64,000 nucleotides of DNA, from positions 15,453,480 through 15,517,479 of the forward strand of contig CM121342.1 in the NCBI GenBank assembly GCA_051530055.1, read 5' to 3'. The translations under genes and the position numbers were made by a program. This DNA is from Neoechinorhynchus agilis (lineage: Eukaryota; Animalia; Acanthocephala). Under the pieces are notes generated by a model, which saw only the letters and a program-made list of their open reading frames with translations, was not told the origin of the DNA and searched no databases. Positions 61,223 to 64,000 of the stretch are shown here, one piece after another. Positions within the stretch are counted from its first letter, which is position 1. Every line of letters begins with the position of its first letter.

Positions 61223-63435
61223 TTGTCTTCTGTCAACTCGCTCGTTCAACGCATCCTTTTGGGCATGGTATCCTTAGGATTTGCTCTTCTTTCCATCGTC
61301 CTTGCAACAATCCCTCAAACTCTAACCGAATTGTGCACTGTGCCACACGATGAACACCGGCTAGATTGTTACGCCGGAAATAAATCCGCAACAAAAGATT
61401 TGTGTATGGCGAGAGGTTGCTGTTGGAGAACCAATTTAGCCGAGGAGAATACTAATGTACCTCGATGCTTCTATCCAAAAGGATTTTCGGCCTATCAACT
61501 CTCCCATGCATTGCGTACGGAATTCGGGTGGCGATTTGTGGCACAAAAAGAGAAGACTTCATTTTTGAAATCGGATTCTCTTAAAATCATGGCTGATCTT
61601 ACGTTCTACGAAGGATCAATCGCTCGTTTGACAGTGAGCGAATACTCTACTGACACAAATAATGTTAAGGATCTTGGTTTAAAAAAGACATTTGACAACA
61701 ACGACTTTGAATTGAAGTTTGAACGAAACCCGTTCAATCTAAAACTAATCAATCGGCACACAAAGCAAATTGTTCTTGACACCACTGTTGGACCGTTGCT
61801 TATTGCAGATAACCACGTCGAATTAACTACAAAATTATCTAGGAAATTCCTATACGGAATCGGCCAACGGTCTGTTTCGTTAAAGAAAACGGCGAGCTGG
61901 GAAACTATTAGAATGGACGAGAATAAACGAGATGGCGGATCGCTCCCTTTCGTCATGTTTCCCGATAAATACGGCCACTTCTCCGGTATCTTCGTAAAGA
62001 GTTCGCCTCGAGATCAAATCGATGTGATTGTACAACCGATGCCGGCAATCACGATTCGCTCACGAACTAACAAACTTGATCTGTTCGTTTACGCCGGTGG
62101 AAATCCGTCCGATGTAGTCTACCAGCACCAGAAGGTGATGGGTTCACCCTCACTTGTTCCTTACTGGTCCTTGGGTCTTCATACCAGAATAAATGACCTC
62201 AGTGATCTTAAAAGTCTATCTGGTCGTCTAGACACCGTCATCGTTGACGCCAATGCGTTCAATGTTCGATCCAATGACGACCTGGAGAACATTGCGGATA
62301 AGAAGGTCGCGCTTGTCGACGCCAGATTGAGAAGCTCAGTACCCGAACAGTTCGATGGATATGGTCTACTGAACATGGGAGTTCAACGGCAAAGAAGTGA
62401 TCTGGACAGTTCGTTCTTGCTCTCTGACTCGGTCCGAGATTCCCGCGGCGGAGTGTATTTGAACACGAGACGCAGTGGTGAAGAAGATGACGTTTATTTG
62501 TCGGTTGTAGAAGTAATCAATAATAATTTGATGGGTATGCCTTTATGTACAAACATTCCTTTTACGGTCCAGGAATTCTTCGCATAAAAGAATGATTTGT
62601 AGTATCCGGCATTCTAATGGACACCACTCGAAATGCGGATCTACACGAACGCTGGATGCATTTGTCCGCTTATCTTCCTCTAATGATGACCGACTTTTCA
62701 AGTGCCCAATCGTCCGTGATCAACAAAGTGACCTCTAAACGATACGAGATGGCTCCTCAACTTTACGGAGCTGTACGAAAGGCCGCTTTACACCATACAC
62801 CCATCGTTCAACCGCTCTTCTTCCACTACCCGAAGGATCGAATCGCATCCTGGATCGACACTCAATTTATATTGGACAATACGGTAATGGTTGTTCCGAT
62901 TCTTCAGCCGAATGCGAAATCCGTCGCGGTCTACATTCCGGACGAGACATGGACTCCAATGTTCAACTACAAACATAACGAGGATTCGAAATGGCAAAGC
63001 GTTCAGCTCTCTGATCCGCATTCCCCACTTGTTCTTCTTAAGCAAGGCAATGTATTCTTTAGACATATTGTAGATTCAACAAAGACTCTTCTTGGAAATC
63101 GGCAAAGTCCATTTAAACTCGTAATTGTTCCTGATGACAAAGGAGCCGCTCACGGGCAACTTTACTGGGCCAACGAAAACGAAACAGAGTCCACACTGGT
63201 CAACGTCGTTGTTATCGATGGAAAGAAGGTGATTGTTTCAGCGGACACAGACGGATTAGAAGAAACATTGCTCGTCCAGCAGATTGAGATCTTTTCAAAT
63301 AAGCCGGAACCGAAGCTTAAACACGTCACAGTTAATTCGAATGATGCTCAGTTTGAGGAAATGGAGAACAAAATCGTTGTTAACTGCCAACTTAATATGA
63401 ACGATGTGAACGGCAACGTCCTGTTGCTCGCTTAA
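61223..63435 (+). CDS. GH31 alpha-glucosidase homolog (GAA/sucrase-isomaltase-like) with type II anchor and P-type trefoil; likely catalytically inactive
   Basis: TM segment, trefoil C..RLDC..C..RGCCW..PRCFYP, PYWSLGLH, RW.HLSAYLPLM, PIVQPLFFHYP.D, QFILDNTVMVVPIL. The two ORFs join through a phase-1 intron ending TTGTAG at 62602. The true start may be the ATG at 61059 via a 38-nt intron. Confidence 0.88.
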
Positions 63436-63639
63436 TTTCGATTTATGTCTTAATAGACCCGAATTTTTGTGTTTTTCCTTGAGATCGTATTTTCTGATTT
63501 CTGAATTTACCACTGAAGTCGGAATGTAACAATTTTGATGAGAAATGGTACTATTCCCCTCACAGTAGACTCCGTAGAAAACGAATTTTTAAGGTTTTCT
63601 ATGGCACGCATTCTATAAGTCGTTTCGTGAGTCCTCCAT

Positions 63640-64000
63640 GCGTAAAAAACAGTAGTGTATATTGTGCGCTTGCCGTTATTCTGCGCCGTCATAATTTCAA
63701 TCGACTATGAATCCTAACTGCGATAATGCTCTTAGAGAAATCTACAAATTCTTGAACGCATGTAGTCCGCCATCAGATTCCCGATGTTCAAATACGAGTG
63801 TAATAGAAGATAACAAAATCTGCTACATTCGCTCTCTTTCTTTTCCCAATATTATTCTGGGCGATTTGAATGTTGGTCGTATTCTGCCGGCCAATTTAGA
63901 CCCAAGCAGCCAAACGTACGTGAAAACGTTCAGAGATGGCGATCTGGGTTCTATCAGAGACTTTCTACTGTCAACTCGTTTGATGGCAGTTCGCAATATA
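63640..64000 (+). mobile_element. LINE-type APE/EEP endonuclease fragment running off the window end
   Basis: Frame open from ATG 63707 to the end: LNACSPPS..NIILGDLNVG..TF..GSIRDFLLS. An out-of-frame LAVILRR lies upstream. Confidence 0.65.

Overview
Eukaryotic (metazoan, ciliated) genomic DNA from a compact, AT-rich genome whose hand-resolved introns are mostly 47-50 nt; I cannot assign the species. Bases 1-18 kb are gene-dense. A divergent multi-exon CFAP43 (WD40 + coiled coil, minus strand) hosts a GPI-type LRR gene inside a 2-kb intron on the opposite strand. Also present: an intronless KCTD8/12/16-type gene, a small RGG-rich membrane protein missed by the ORF track, and a candidate UBZ-finger gene. 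Bases 20.5-28.5 kb are a pile of truncated retroelements: CRE-clade RLE LINEs, a Gypsy integrase with its 3' LTR, a Penelope-like element and an L2/CR1-type LINE. Bases 28.54-60.44 kb are one unidirectional satellite array of about 157 copies of a 203-bp monomer, built from three 67/68-bp subunits with higher-order duplications; all the short Cys-rich ORFs there are repeat artefacts. Right after the array lie a 5'-incomplete Rab7, an apparently catalytically dead and internally stripped GH31 alpha-glucosidase homolog, and a LINE endonuclease fragment. The most interesting signal is two copies of a minimal type I hammerhead ribozyme with a compensatory U3-A8 core in the Penelope-like terminal repeat. 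Protein and RNA family assignments are by-eye comparisons to remembered family sequences; no searches were run.
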